Positions 20,324-33,880 of a stretch of 64,000 nucleotides of DNA are shown piece after piece. The position numbers and the translations under genes are program-made. The DNA comes from an uncultured bacterium. GTDB taxonomy: Bacteria; Krumholzibacteriota; Krumholzibacteriia; LZORAL124-64-63. The notes beneath the pieces were generated by a model, which had not been told where the DNA came from, made no database searches, and saw nothing but the letters and a program-made list of their open reading frames with translations. The stretch is taken from the NCBI GenBank assembly GCA_963732385.1, contig CAVSZB010000007.1, positions 608,001 to 672,000 of the forward strand, given 5' to 3'. The stretch's first letter is position 1; the number at the start of each line of letters is the position of its first letter.

Positions 20324-21946
20324 TCAGGTCACCCGCGGGTAGATGAACAGGAACCCGAGCGCGGCCACCACGAGAATCGAAACGATCAGGATCGTCCAGA
20401 TCCACGGGTGCCACAGCCGGCGGGCACTGAAGAGGCGCGTCTCCATCAGCGGCAGGGTACCGATCACCTTCACGCCGAGGGCCTTTTCGATGTCGGTCAG
20501 CGACTTGAAGGAACGATTCAGGAATTCGGCCAGGATCACCAGACCGGCCCCCAGGCAGAACGCCAGGGCAAAGCCCATGAACGCCAGCCGCAGTTTGTTC
20601 GGCTCGATCGGCACCAAGGGTCGCTGCGGATCCTGCCGGACCACGATCTTGTAGCCAATTTCCGACATGTCCGCCGCCAGCCGCAGGTTCTCCTGCGTGA
20701 TGTCCCGCTCCAGACCCTGCAGCAGAACCTGCACCCGCTGGACATCGCTCTGCAGGCTGCCGAGCGCCGCGACCTGCTGCGGCTGTTTCGTCATCAGGCT
20801 GCGGAATTCCTTCACGTTCTGCTGCAGGCGCCCCATCACCCTTTGCGCCACCTCGCGGTCGAGCATCGCGTAGCCGTACCGGGCCAGATGATTGCGCTCG
20901 GTGACAGCCACTTGTCCGTACAGACGGACCGTCCGAGCATCGACGAGGTTGTTCAGATTGAGCCGGGCCAGACCGAGGACATTGCTGTTCGCGTTCGCCT
21001 CGGTTCCCCCCTCCCGTCCCCGCAGGCTTTCGAGCGCCTGATCGTATTCGAGGTTCACCAATTCGCGAAGCGCCGCGGCGATGTCGCCGTCGGTCAGATA
21101 GGTATCGACCGTCGGCGGGGTCGGCACGGCCGCCCGCGCCAGCCGCTCGAGGTTGATCAATTCGGCCGAACCGGCATCGTACGCCTGGCTGCGCAGCCGG
21201 GTCAGCAGGCTCTCCGCCAAATTCAGGTTTTCCTGGGTCACGGGATTGCCGGCCATCGACTCGGCCAGCTCCGACCGCTGGAATTCGGTCAGACGACTCT
21301 GCGCCGCGGCGAGTTGCTGCTCATACAGCTGGCGCTGACCTTCGAGGAAATCGCGCGTCGCGCTGCTGGGCGCCATGCGGTTCGTGCGCTCCTCGGCAAG
21401 GAACTCGTCCAGCATCTTGCGCGCGAGATGATAGGCCCGATCAGGATCGTTGTCGCGGATGCCGATGCTGAAGAGGTGCGTATCGTCCTGCCTGACTCGG
21501 ACCTGGGCCGTCAGCCAGCGGGCGACGATCATCACAGCCCGCTCTTCCCAATCCTCCGGCTTGAAACCGGGCGGGGCCTCGCCGAGCCGGCCGAGTGCCA
21601 TGGCCCGCTTGTGCAGGTTCAGGTCGCGCACGATCCGCTCGACAAACTTCGGGCTGGTGGCAATGGTGCGGATCATCACCAGCGACTCGTAATCCGGGTC
21701 CCTCTGCCGATTGTATTGCGACGCCATCTCGGACAACGAGCGGACTGTCGGCATCTCCTGGATCACCTGCACCTGGGCGCTGGAATAGTAGATCGGGTCC
21801 TGTGTCTTGATCGCCACCGCCGCCATGCCGAGGCAGAGAAAGAACGGCACAATGAACAGCCAGCGGCGCCGCACGAACAAGCGCCACAACTGCAGTGGGT
21901 CGAATCCGCCCCCCGCGGAGGCTTCCTCGTCCTGATAAGGATCCAT
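20324..21946 (-). CDS. Polysaccharide co-polymerase / chain-length determinant (Wzz/GumC-like)
   Basis: N-terminal RRRWLF plus TM, YSSAQV, long coiled coil, P..P.EPNK plus TM, DIEKALGVKVIGTLP; adjacent to the BY-kinase. Confidence 0.88.
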   Translation of the reverse strand: MDPYQDEEASAGGGFDPLQLWRLFVRRRWLFIVPFFLCLGMAAVAIKTQDPIYYSSAQVQVIQEMPTVRSLSEMASQYNRQRDPDYESLVMIRTIATSPKFVERIVRDLNLHKRAMALGRLGEAPPGFKPEDWEERAVMIVARWLTAQVRVRQDDTHLFSIGIRDNDPDRAYHLARKMLDEFLAEERTNRMAPSSATRDFLEGQRQLYEQQLAAAQSRLTEFQRSELAESMAGNPVTQENLNLAESLLTRLRSQAYDAGSAELINLERLARAAVPTPPTVDTYLTDGDIAAALRELVNLEYDQALESLRGREGGTEANANSNVLGLARLNLNNLVDARTVRLYGQVAVTERNHLARYGYAMLDREVAQRVMGRLQQNVKEFRSLMTKQPQQVAALGSLQSDVQRVQVLLQGLERDITQENLRLAADMSEIGYKIVVRQDPQRPLVPIEPNKLRLAFMGFALAFCLGAGLVILAEFLNRSFKSLTDIEKALGVKVIGTLPLMETRLFSARRLWHPWIWTILIVSILVVAALGFLFIYPRVT

Positions 21947-22238
21947 GCCCTCCCTTTCCTTCCGGCCACGAGCACACGGCAATCGTCTGTTCAGGCGGAG
22001 CACGGCCCGTGCAAATTAGCGCAACCCCATGTCCATTGCAACTGATGCCATGACGCCGTCTCGCCACCATTTTGCCGTCCACGACACGCCACACTCGGGC
22101 GCCGGAACGACACCATCCGGTTCCGGACAACCGCGGGGTGCGCCGTAAATCCGTCGTCAGGAGCGCCGCCGCACAGGCCACAACTTCCGCTCGACAGGCC
22201 GACCGAGTCGCCGGCACGTCCCCTGCAGGGAAGCCCGC

Positions 22239-23231
22239 ATGATAAGGAATCCTCCGGCGCACAGATCCCCAGCGTTCCCCACGTCGTGGTTCGTGATTCT
22301 GCTGGCCGCCGCCGGCGCCTGCGAGCGGACGGCGCCGAGCGTGGCCCCGGATGACCCGCCACCGCCCACACTCGTCACCGCCGACTTTGGCGACAGCCTT
22401 GCCACCTTCCTGCGCCTGAAGGATGGATCGTCGCGCTGGACCTGGCACGGCGCCGACGCCTCCGGCGACAGCATGTCCGGCAACGCGGAACTGATCATCA
22501 GTTGCCGACGCGCCTCCTGGCGGCTGTTCGACCAGACACCCCCACCGGCACCCGGGCAACTGCGGCTCCGACCCGCGAATCCCGATGCCTGGCACCATCA
22601 GGCGGCGTCCTGGCCGCCCGGAACCGCCGACACCTGGCTGCCCCTGCCGCGCCTGCCGGTCGACTCCCCCGCCTACGCCGATCTGCTCGATTTTCTGCAG
22701 CGTTTGACCGACGCGCGCTTCCGCCAGCGCGTAATTCACTGGCCGGCCGTGCCACTGCCGGTCGTCGCCCCGCCCACCCTCTGCGGCGAAATCGACCTGG
22801 CGGACTGCCTGGCGGAGGCGGTGGCGCTATGGAACTTCGGCGAACCGACGCCCCTTTTCGCTCCGGTCCCGGCCGCCGACTGGGGTCTCCGGCTCGCCTA
22901 CATCCCCGACCCCGCGCTCACGCCGCGCCTGGCGCTGCGGATCGTGGCCTGCGACAATGCCGGGCGACCACTGCGCGCGGAAATCGTGGCCGGCGCCAAT
23001 TATGCAACTGCGGACGTCAGGAAGTACGCGGTGCGCGGCATGCTGCACGAATTGGCCCACGCCCGCCTGCTCTGGGGGCACAGCGAGGATCGTCTCCATC
23101 TGCTGTGGAAGTGCGGGCCGATCGTAGACGCGCCATCTGACGACGAGCGGCGGGCCTCCCGTCTCTGGGCTCTGCTCCCCGAGGGGCTGGACCTGCACGC
23201 CTACGCGCGTTCAACGGAAATCGATCCGTAG
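22239..23231 (+). CDS. Putative lipoprotein with a C-terminal zinc metallopeptidase (metzincin-like) domain
   Basis: Lipobox-like LLAAAGAC; HELAHARLLWGHS (HExxH plus third His); start uncertain. Confidence 0.65.
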   Translation: MIRNPPAHRSPAFPTSWFVILLAAAGACERTAPSVAPDDPPPPTLVTADFGDSLATFLRLKDGSSRWTWHGADASGDSMSGNAELIISCRRASWRLFDQTPPPAPGQLRLRPANPDAWHHQAASWPPGTADTWLPLPRLPVDSPAYADLLDFLQRLTDARFRQRVIHWPAVPLPVVAPPTLCGEIDLADCLAEAVALWNFGEPTPLFAPVPAADWGLRLAYIPDPALTPRLALRIVACDNAGRPLRAEIVAGANYATADVRKYAVRGMLHELAHARLLWGHSEDRLHLLWKCGPIVDAPSDDERRASRLWALLPEGLDLHAYARSTEIDP

Positions 23232-24947
23232 CGGCATCAAAGAGAGCGGCCGTCCGTCGAGCAGCGGCGCCGCAGCCAGCAGTCCGCCGGCCGGAGGCAG
23301 TGGCAACACCACCGCCAGCCCGGCATCGAGGCGGACCGTGCTGCGGCGCAGCAGGCGGGCCAGCATCCGTTCGAGCAGGCCGGGCTCCTCTTCGTAGCTG
23401 ATGATCGTTACCAGTTCGTCGGCGTCAACGCCGATCATCCGTTTGGCGGCATCGAGCGCGCGAATCAGCCCGCCCAGGCCATCCACGAGACCGCGCGCCT
23501 GCGCCTGTGCACCAGTCCAGACCCTTCCCTCGGCCAGGGTGGCCACCTCCGCCTCCGGCAGCCGCCGTCCCTGCGCAACCTTGGCCAGGAAGCGGACATA
23601 AAAAGCGCCCAACGTTGCCTCGAGCGACGCCCGCTGCGCGTCGGTGAACGGCGCACTGTCGCTGAACAGCAGCGCGTTTTCCCCCCGCGTGACGTACTCC
23701 CGTGTGATGCCGAGCTTGCTGTAGAGTCCGCTCATCGCCACCTTGCCGGCAAAGACCCCGATGGAACCGGTCAGAGTGCCCGGTTCGGCGAAGATCGAAT
23801 CGGCGCCGCAGGCGACGTAGTAGCCCCCCGAGGCGGCGTAGCCGCCCATCGAGACGATCACCGGTTTGTGGTCGCGTACGCGCTCCACCTCGCGCCAGAT
23901 CAGGTCGCTCGCCAGCGCAGAGCCTCCCGGACTGTCCACCCGCAACAGGACCGCCTGCACGTCGTCGTCGTCGCTCGCCTGCCGCAGCCGCTCCACGATC
24001 GTGTCGCTGCCGGCGCGGCGGCCACTCCAGGCGTCTGAGCCGCTCTCCCCCGGCACGATGGTGCCGCTCACGTGGACCAGCGCCACCGTCCCCGCCGTGC
24101 CGCCCCGTCGCCGACCGAGCGCGTAATCCTCCAGATCGACGAACTCCTCGTCCGGAAACTCCGCCTCTTCCAGGTCATCCAGTGTGAGCACCGTGTCGAC
24201 AAGGCCGGCGGCCATAGCCGCCGCCGCGTCGAACATGCCAGCGTCGATCCAGCCCCGGGCCGTGGCCGCATCCACCCGGCGACCTGCCGCGATCCCCGCC
24301 ACGAGACGGGTGTAATGGTCATCCACGATCGCTTCGATCATCTCGCGATTCGCCGGGCTCGCCGAATCACGCGTGAGCTGCTCCGGCGCCGACTTGTAGC
24401 GCCCCACATGCACGAAGTCGGCGCTCATGCCGAGCTTGTCGAGAGTGCCCTTGAGGAAACTCAACTCGGCACTGACGCCAAGGATGAACAGGCTCCCCTC
24501 GGGCGGCATGACGATCCGCGGAGCCGCCATGGCGAGCGCATATTCCTTCTCGCCGCCTTCGGCCAGCCAGGCCACCACCGGCTTGCCGGTGTGCGCGAAG
24601 GCCGCCACCGCATCGCGCAACTCCTCCACCTGCGCCCAGCCGGCCGGCAGGGCGCGGATGTCGAGCAGCAGGCCGGTGATCCGGCTGTCCCGAGCGGCGC
24701 GCGTGAGCGCGAAGACAACATCCCGCAGGCGGACCCGCTCCCCCTCCATCACCACGGCCAGGGCGTCGGTTTCGCGCTCCTCCGGATAGGCCTCTGCCAC
24801 CTGCCAGCGCAGGATGCCCGCCGTGGCGGAGTCACGATTGCGACCGTTCGCTTCCGGATCGAGCCGGTCAATGACTCGCGTAAGCCAGACCAGGCCGGCG
24901 CCTACCACGAACGCCACGCAAAAAAACACGATCCAGAAACGCTTCAT
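23211..24947 (-). CDS. sppA: Signal peptide peptidase SppA (protease IV, long form)
   Basis: N-terminal TM, GRYKSA (Lys), RVDSPGGSALASD (Ser), AASGGYY, TLTGSIGV, EGRVWTG. Confidence 0.95.
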   Translation of the reverse strand: MKRFWIVFFCVAFVVGAGLVWLTRVIDRLDPEANGRNRDSATAGILRWQVAEAYPEERETDALAVVMEGERVRLRDVVFALTRAARDSRITGLLLDIRALPAGWAQVEELRDAVAAFAHTGKPVVAWLAEGGEKEYALAMAAPRIVMPPEGSLFILGVSAELSFLKGTLDKLGMSADFVHVGRYKSAPEQLTRDSASPANREMIEAIVDDHYTRLVAGIAAGRRVDAATARGWIDAGMFDAAAAMAAGLVDTVLTLDDLEEAEFPDEEFVDLEDYALGRRRGGTAGTVALVHVSGTIVPGESGSDAWSGRRAGSDTIVERLRQASDDDDVQAVLLRVDSPGGSALASDLIWREVERVRDHKPVIVSMGGYAASGGYYVACGADSIFAEPGTLTGSIGVFAGKVAMSGLYSKLGITREYVTRGENALLFSDSAPFTDAQRASLEATLGAFYVRFLAKVAQGRRLPEAEVATLAEGRVWTGAQAQARGLVDGLGGLIRALDAAKRMIGVDADELVTIISYEEEPGLLERMLARLLRRSTVRLDAGLAVVLPLPPAGGLLAAAPLLDGRPLSLMPLRIDFR

Positions 24948-25131
24948 TCCTGCCTCCCTGCATCGTCTGCCCTTATCGCACCAGCACTACCTGCCGCGTG
25001 GCCGCGGCCACCGCCTGTCCCGACCGGATCAGAAAGCCGCCGGCGGAACCGTCGTTGGTTGCGGCGCGGAAAAGAGTCAATCTAAGGACGCTCCCACCGC
25101 CTGACCAGTCGGGAGCAACGCCGCGCCGCGT

Positions 25132-27438
25132 TCAGTCCCTCGCGCAGAACGCGGCCAGCGCCCGCACTGCGCGGTCGATCTTGCGAAAGACCGGCACGCC
25201 GTTCTTCTCGAGCATCACAGCCATCGGGTCGTAGAGCGGCCCGGAGTCGATCACGGCGACCCACGGCTTGCGATCGCGGCGCCAAAGATCCAGCATGCGC
25301 CGCGGCTGAGATCCGGGCGAGTCGAGATCCTCCCCGTGCCTCCCCTGCGGGTCGCGCGGCAGATTGTCCAGAGCCGGCGTGACCGGCACCGCGGACAGGA
25401 TTGCACAGTCGACTCCCGGACAGTCGAGCACGGCGGCCGCCGCCCGTGCCCAGCCTTCGGTGTCGGCAATCGGCGTGGCGTCGATCGGATTGTCGCGATG
25501 CGCGTAGGACGGCAGGGCCGCATCCAGGGCAGCCAGGGTTTCGGCATCAAAAATCGCGAGTTGCAGATCGCCCAGCGCGTCGGTGGCGGTGGAGCACTCG
25601 AAACCGGCGTTGCTCAGGATGCCGACCCGCCGGCCCCCGGCCGGTCGATCGTGCAACAAGGTGAAGGTCTTGATCAGATCCTCGAAGTCGTCGAGCGATT
25701 CCGCCACGGTGACGCCCGCCGACGTCAGGCAGGCGTTCGCCACCGCGTAGTCCCCCGCCAGAGAGGCGGTGTGACTCGCTGCGGCTTGCGCGCCGAGCGC
25801 GGTCCGGCCGGCCTTGAAGATAATCACCCGTTGTCCGCGCGCCCGGCAGGCCCGGGCCATGACCAGGAAATTCGCACCATCGCCGGGGCGGAATCCCTCC
25901 ACATAGCAGGCCACCACGCCGATCTCCGGATCGTCGGCGAAGTGCGCCAGAAAATCGCTCACGGTGAGGTCCATCTGGTTCCCGAAGCTGATACTCGCGC
26001 GCGGCAGGATGATCCCATCGTAGTTGCTCGCGAACGTGACCAGATAGGCCCCCGACTGGCTCACCAACGCCAGGTTGCCGCCGGCCCCCGGCCGGAACGG
26101 CAGCTTGTATGAAGGCAGGAAGAAGGTGTTGTAGCGATCCCGGCTGACGATGCCGAGACAGTTGCCCCCCACGAGCACCGGCCCCCCGTCAGGCGAGGCG
26201 TGTCCCGCCTCGAGGGAACGTTCGATGTCCGCCGCCAATTCATGCGCACCGGTCTCGGCGAACCCGCCGGGGATCAGGATGATCGATTCGGCCCGATCCA
26301 GCGTCACCAGTTCCCGGATCGCCACGACGGCAGCCGCTGCCGGCAGGGCGATCACCGCCAGATCCGCCTTCCACGGCAGCGCCGACAACCCCGGGAAACA
26401 GGGCACGTCGTCGATCGACCGCTCTTCGGGATGGATCACGGCGAGGCGTCCGCGTTCCACGCAGGCAGATTCGAGCAGGTTGCGCAGGATGATCCGGCCG
26501 GGGTTGTCGCCCCGGGCGCTCACACCCATCACGACCGCGCTGCGCGGCGCCAGCAGCGGCGCAATCTTAGCCAGCGGCCGCCGCGTCGGCGTCCAGCGAC
26601 GCCGCGAAAGCAGGCCGACCCCGTCGAGAGCCGTCAGCCGTCCCCCCGCGGCCACGGCGGGGTTGATTTCCAGCTCCTCGAGGGTCCAGGGCCCGTCCGC
26701 CCCCGCCCCGTAGCGCACCGCGGCCGCGGCGAGCGCCGCGACGGTCTCAGCCACCACCTCCGCATCGAGGGGAGGCGCGGAATAAAGACGCGAAGGGCTG
26801 ACCGCCAGGCTGAGCAGAGGATGCGCCCGCAGGGCCGCAGCCACCGCCCCAGCCTGCAGATCGGCGGCCGGGAAGATCAGCCGGCTCTGCCCCCCCGTGC
26901 CGCGTCCGTACCATTCGGTGAGCACCCCGCCCGCCCCCACGACCACCACCGGGCCGAAAGCGGCGTCCTGCCGCAGGCTCAGCAGGAACTCCTGGCCTGG
27001 CTGGTTCGCCAGGTGCGGCACCCAAGCGCAGGCCAACACCCCTTCGATCCTGCCAGCCTCCACGCGCGGATCCACGGCGGCGACCAGTCGATCGGCCGCG
27101 GCCAACAGTCCGCCCGCCCCACCGTCGGCCGACGTGACGGCCAGCCCACCGACATCGCTCTTGTGCAGGATATCGCGCCCGCAAACCTTCAGCACGATCT
27201 TGCCGTAAGGATCCGCCAGGCACGCCACGGCAGCCCCCCAGGCCTCGCGCGCGTCCGCGTCCGCGTCGGCTCGCAGCAGTTCCGCCCGACAGCGCGTCAC
27301 GCCCAGGCTGTCGAGCAGCGCGTAGACCTCCGCCTCGTTCAGCCGCGCCTGCGTTCCCGGAGCCGCAGACTCGCCTGTCGCTCTGGCCCACGCTGCCAAG
27401 AACTGATCGTCCAGTCGTTGAGCCATCCCTTGCGTCAT
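25132..27438 (-). CDS. ADP-forming acetate/acyl-CoA synthetase with an N-terminal ATP-grasp domain
   Basis: N-terminal ILHKSDVGG, DAAFGPVV, ELEINP; C-terminal GGNCLG, SQSGA, SFGNQMDL, AASHTASLAG, NPID. Confidence 0.88.
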   Translation of the reverse strand: MTQGMAQRLDDQFLAAWARATGESAAPGTQARLNEAEVYALLDSLGVTRCRAELLRADADADAREAWGAAVACLADPYGKIVLKVCGRDILHKSDVGGLAVTSADGGAGGLLAAADRLVAAVDPRVEAGRIEGVLACAWVPHLANQPGQEFLLSLRQDAAFGPVVVVGAGGVLTEWYGRGTGGQSRLIFPAADLQAGAVAAALRAHPLLSLAVSPSRLYSAPPLDAEVVAETVAALAAAAVRYGAGADGPWTLEELEINPAVAAGGRLTALDGVGLLSRRRWTPTRRPLAKIAPLLAPRSAVVMGVSARGDNPGRIILRNLLESACVERGRLAVIHPEERSIDDVPCFPGLSALPWKADLAVIALPAAAAVVAIRELVTLDRAESIILIPGGFAETGAHELAADIERSLEAGHASPDGGPVLVGGNCLGIVSRDRYNTFFLPSYKLPFRPGAGGNLALVSQSGAYLVTFASNYDGIILPRASISFGNQMDLTVSDFLAHFADDPEIGVVACYVEGFRPGDGANFLVMARACRARGQRVIIFKAGRTALGAQAAASHTASLAGDYAVANACLTSAGVTVAESLDDFEDLIKTFTLLHDRPAGGRRVGILSNAGFECSTATDALGDLQLAIFDAETLAALDAALPSYAHRDNPIDATPIADTEGWARAAAAVLDCPGVDCAILSAVPVTPALDNLPRDPQGRHGEDLDSPGSQPRRMLDLWRRDRKPWVAVIDSGPLYDPMAVMLEKNGVPVFRKIDRAVRALAAFCARD

Positions 27439-27618
27439 GCCGCAGCCCCCTTGCCGCGGACCTGTTCCGCAGCGTCACCAAGATAGGCGCCGGGCCGGGC
27501 GCGCGGAAGGACGACTCGCGGCGCCAACCCGGGGAGACGAATCGGCGATGCCGGCAAAGCAACGGGCCGGAGCCCGCCGCTCCGGCCCGCGATCCCAAAA
27601 CTGCGCCGGCGGCTGCGC

Positions 27619-28122
27619 CTAGAAACCGAGCCCGGCCGACAGCGTGAGGTAACTGGAGGCATCCCCTTCGGTCGCGATGTTGTGATAGAGAGCGGTCACA
27701 TCGAACATCACGAAGGTCATGCCGACGCCGGCCACCGCGGTGAAATCGGTCTCCGCCGCGATATCGGTCACGTCGAACTCGCCGTCCCAGCGGGTCATGC
27801 CCAGGCCGGCCAGGAAATGCGGACCCGCCGCCAGGGAAATCTGCCCTACCGCCAGCACCTCGAGCATGTTGAAATGCCCATCATAGGACACGCCGCCCAC
27901 CTCGTCTGCGGAAAGGCGGTTGTAAGCGCCGCGGATGCCGATGCTGCCGAGGGGCGTCACGGGATAGAGGTACTGTGCGCCGCCATGGAAGCCGAGTTTC
28001 CACCAGTCCGCCAAATCTCCGGTCGGGGCCGAAACTCCGGCGAAAATGGACGGGCCGGCCAGCAACGGTGCGGCACCAACGGCGATGACGAGAAAAGCCA
28101 TGATGGGCAAGAGCTTACGCAT
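27619..28122 (-). CDS. Small outer-membrane beta-barrel protein
   Basis: Signal peptide MRKLLPIMAFLVIAVGAAPLLA, amphipathic beta-strand pattern, C-terminal Phe (YLTLSAGLGF). Confidence 0.75.
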   Translation of the reverse strand: MRKLLPIMAFLVIAVGAAPLLAGPSIFAGVSAPTGDLADWWKLGFHGGAQYLYPVTPLGSIGIRGAYNRLSADEVGGVSYDGHFNMLEVLAVGQISLAAGPHFLAGLGMTRWDGEFDVTDIAAETDFTAVAGVGMTFVMFDVTALYHNIATEGDASSYLTLSAGLGF

Positions 28123-28183
28123 AGTGACTCCTTTTCGGGAACGCTAAAACTGACGCTGGGGAAAGGATTTCCTGCTCCGGTTT

Positions 28184-28199
28184 TGCACAGGTCGTGCCA
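28184..28199 (-). promoter_or_regulatory. Putative sigma54 promoter of the beta-barrel gene
   Basis: TGGCACGACCTGTGCA (GG-N10-GC), about 60 nt upstream of the ATG and just past the rRNA terminator. Confidence 0.55.
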
Positions 28200-28222
28200 A
28201 CCATCAGAGATGGGCGCAAGGC

Positions 28223-28258
28223 AAAAAAAGAAAGCGCCGACGTGCGTCGGCGCTTTCT
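28223..28258 (-). terminator. rRNA operon intrinsic terminator
   Basis: Stem GAAAGCGCCGACG/CGTCGGCGCTTTC followed by T7 on the minus strand, directly after 5S. Confidence 0.9.
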
Positions 28259-28265
28259 CGAGAAT

Positions 28266-28382
28266 CTCGGCGGCGACCTACTCTCCCACACCGTTTCCAG
28301 TGCAGTACCATCGGCGCAGCGGCGTTTCACTTCTGTGTTCGGAATGGGAACAGGTGGTTCCACCGCGCTATGGCCGCCGAAA
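28266..28382 (-). rRNA. rrf: 5S rRNA
   Basis: Minus strand contains CCACCTGTTCCCATTCCGAACACAGAAGTGAAAC...GATGGTACT...GGGAGAGTAGGTCGCCGCC; ends approximate. Confidence 0.97.
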
Positions 28383-28469
28383 AATTGCGATCCATGACAA
28401 TCAAATATAGAGGGCAGAGGTTCACGAAGCAGTAGATCCGCCACTCCCGCTTCCCGAAGAAAGCGATGA

Positions 28470-31483
<3,014 letters not shown>

Positions 31484-31529
31484 AAAAACGGATCCATGCA
31501 TCGTGACGAATTCTACCCTCTATATTTGG

Positions 31530-31541
31530 TTGTCAAAGAAC
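31530..31541 (-). promoter_or_regulatory. Spacer boxA-like antitermination element
   Basis: GTTCTTTGACAA upstream of 23S; near-identical copy in the 16S leader. Confidence 0.6.
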
Positions 31542-31562
31542 CGCGTGCAGAATCCCCGAACC

Positions 31563-31638
31563 TGGTGGAGATAGCCGGGATCGAACCGGCGACCTCCGGC
31601 TTGCAAAGCCGGCGCTCTCCCAACTGAGCTATATCCCC
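31563..31638 (-). tRNA. tRNA-Ala (TGC)
   Basis: GGGGATATAGCTCAGTTGGGAGAGC...TTGCAA...GTTCGATCCC...TCTCCACCA; G3:U70 pair, encoded CCA. Confidence 0.98.
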
Positions 31639-31653
31639 GCTCGCTGACGTGCG

Positions 31654-31730
<77 letters not shown>

Positions 31731-31850
31731 TCCTGGACCTCGACCAAGCCTGGACCGTCTGCCCAGTCTTTGGCAAGAGAATAGCGTGCGTGGCCGAGCT
31801 AACTATCCGTTCTACCTAAGACAATCAGCACAGGGCCAATTGTCCTATCT

Positions 31851-33415
<1,565 letters not shown>

Positions 33416-33539
33416 CAAAAAAGCAAAGCTCATGACAAAGGAGCTTTCGCTCCTATCACTCGCGCTGTTCGCAAGGCCCGCTTCGACCACGAGGGTCGAA
33501 ACGGACACGGATCGCGCAGGGCCATCGCACGCTATTCTG

Positions 33540-33551
33540 TTGTCAAAGATC
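33540..33551 (-). promoter_or_regulatory. Leader boxA-like element
   Basis: GATCTTTGACAA between the promoters and 16S. Confidence 0.55.
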
Positions 33552-33597
33552 CGAGCCATGACGGTCCAGCCGCTGGCCCCCTCAGCAGGGACTAAGC

Positions 33598-33626
33598 AAG
33601 ATACTTACTGACTCGGCGGTTGTCAA
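33598..33626 (-). promoter_or_regulatory. rRNA promoter, proximal (P2-like)
   Basis: TTGACA-N17-TATCTT, with an A-rich stretch upstream. Confidence 0.75.
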
Positions 33627-33745
33627 GCTTTTTCGTTTCACGCCCGCCAAGGCACCGCGCACCTTGCCCCCCTCCCGCGCTTATTAGTCTGCGCGGCGAA
33701 GAGCGCCACCCCGGCCAGTCTGGCCTTCTCTGGGCAGCGGCAGCC

Positions 33746-33774
33746 AATGTATACGCCAGGTTCCGGGGTGTCAA
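33746..33774 (-). promoter_or_regulatory. rRNA promoter, distal (P1-like)
   Basis: TTGACA-N17-TACATT, with an AT-rich tract upstream (33788-33806). Confidence 0.75.
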
Positions 33775-33880
33775 CCTCGCGGGTCAGAATTTCCAATTTC
33801 TTTTGAAGCGACCTTCCGGCTGTTCCTTTCGCGATCTCCGATTGCCGCCGCCGCCCGGACCGCCTACTTTCATCGGCACT

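Noticed and set aside
22037..22050. TGGCATCAGTTGCA as a sigma54 promoter for the co-polymerase gene
   Set aside because: GG-to-GC spacing is 8 nt rather than the required 10.
33620..33880. N-terminal extension of the PBP1A ORF
   Set aside because: Runs through the rRNA promoters; the ATG at 33881 directly precedes the expected TM anchor region.
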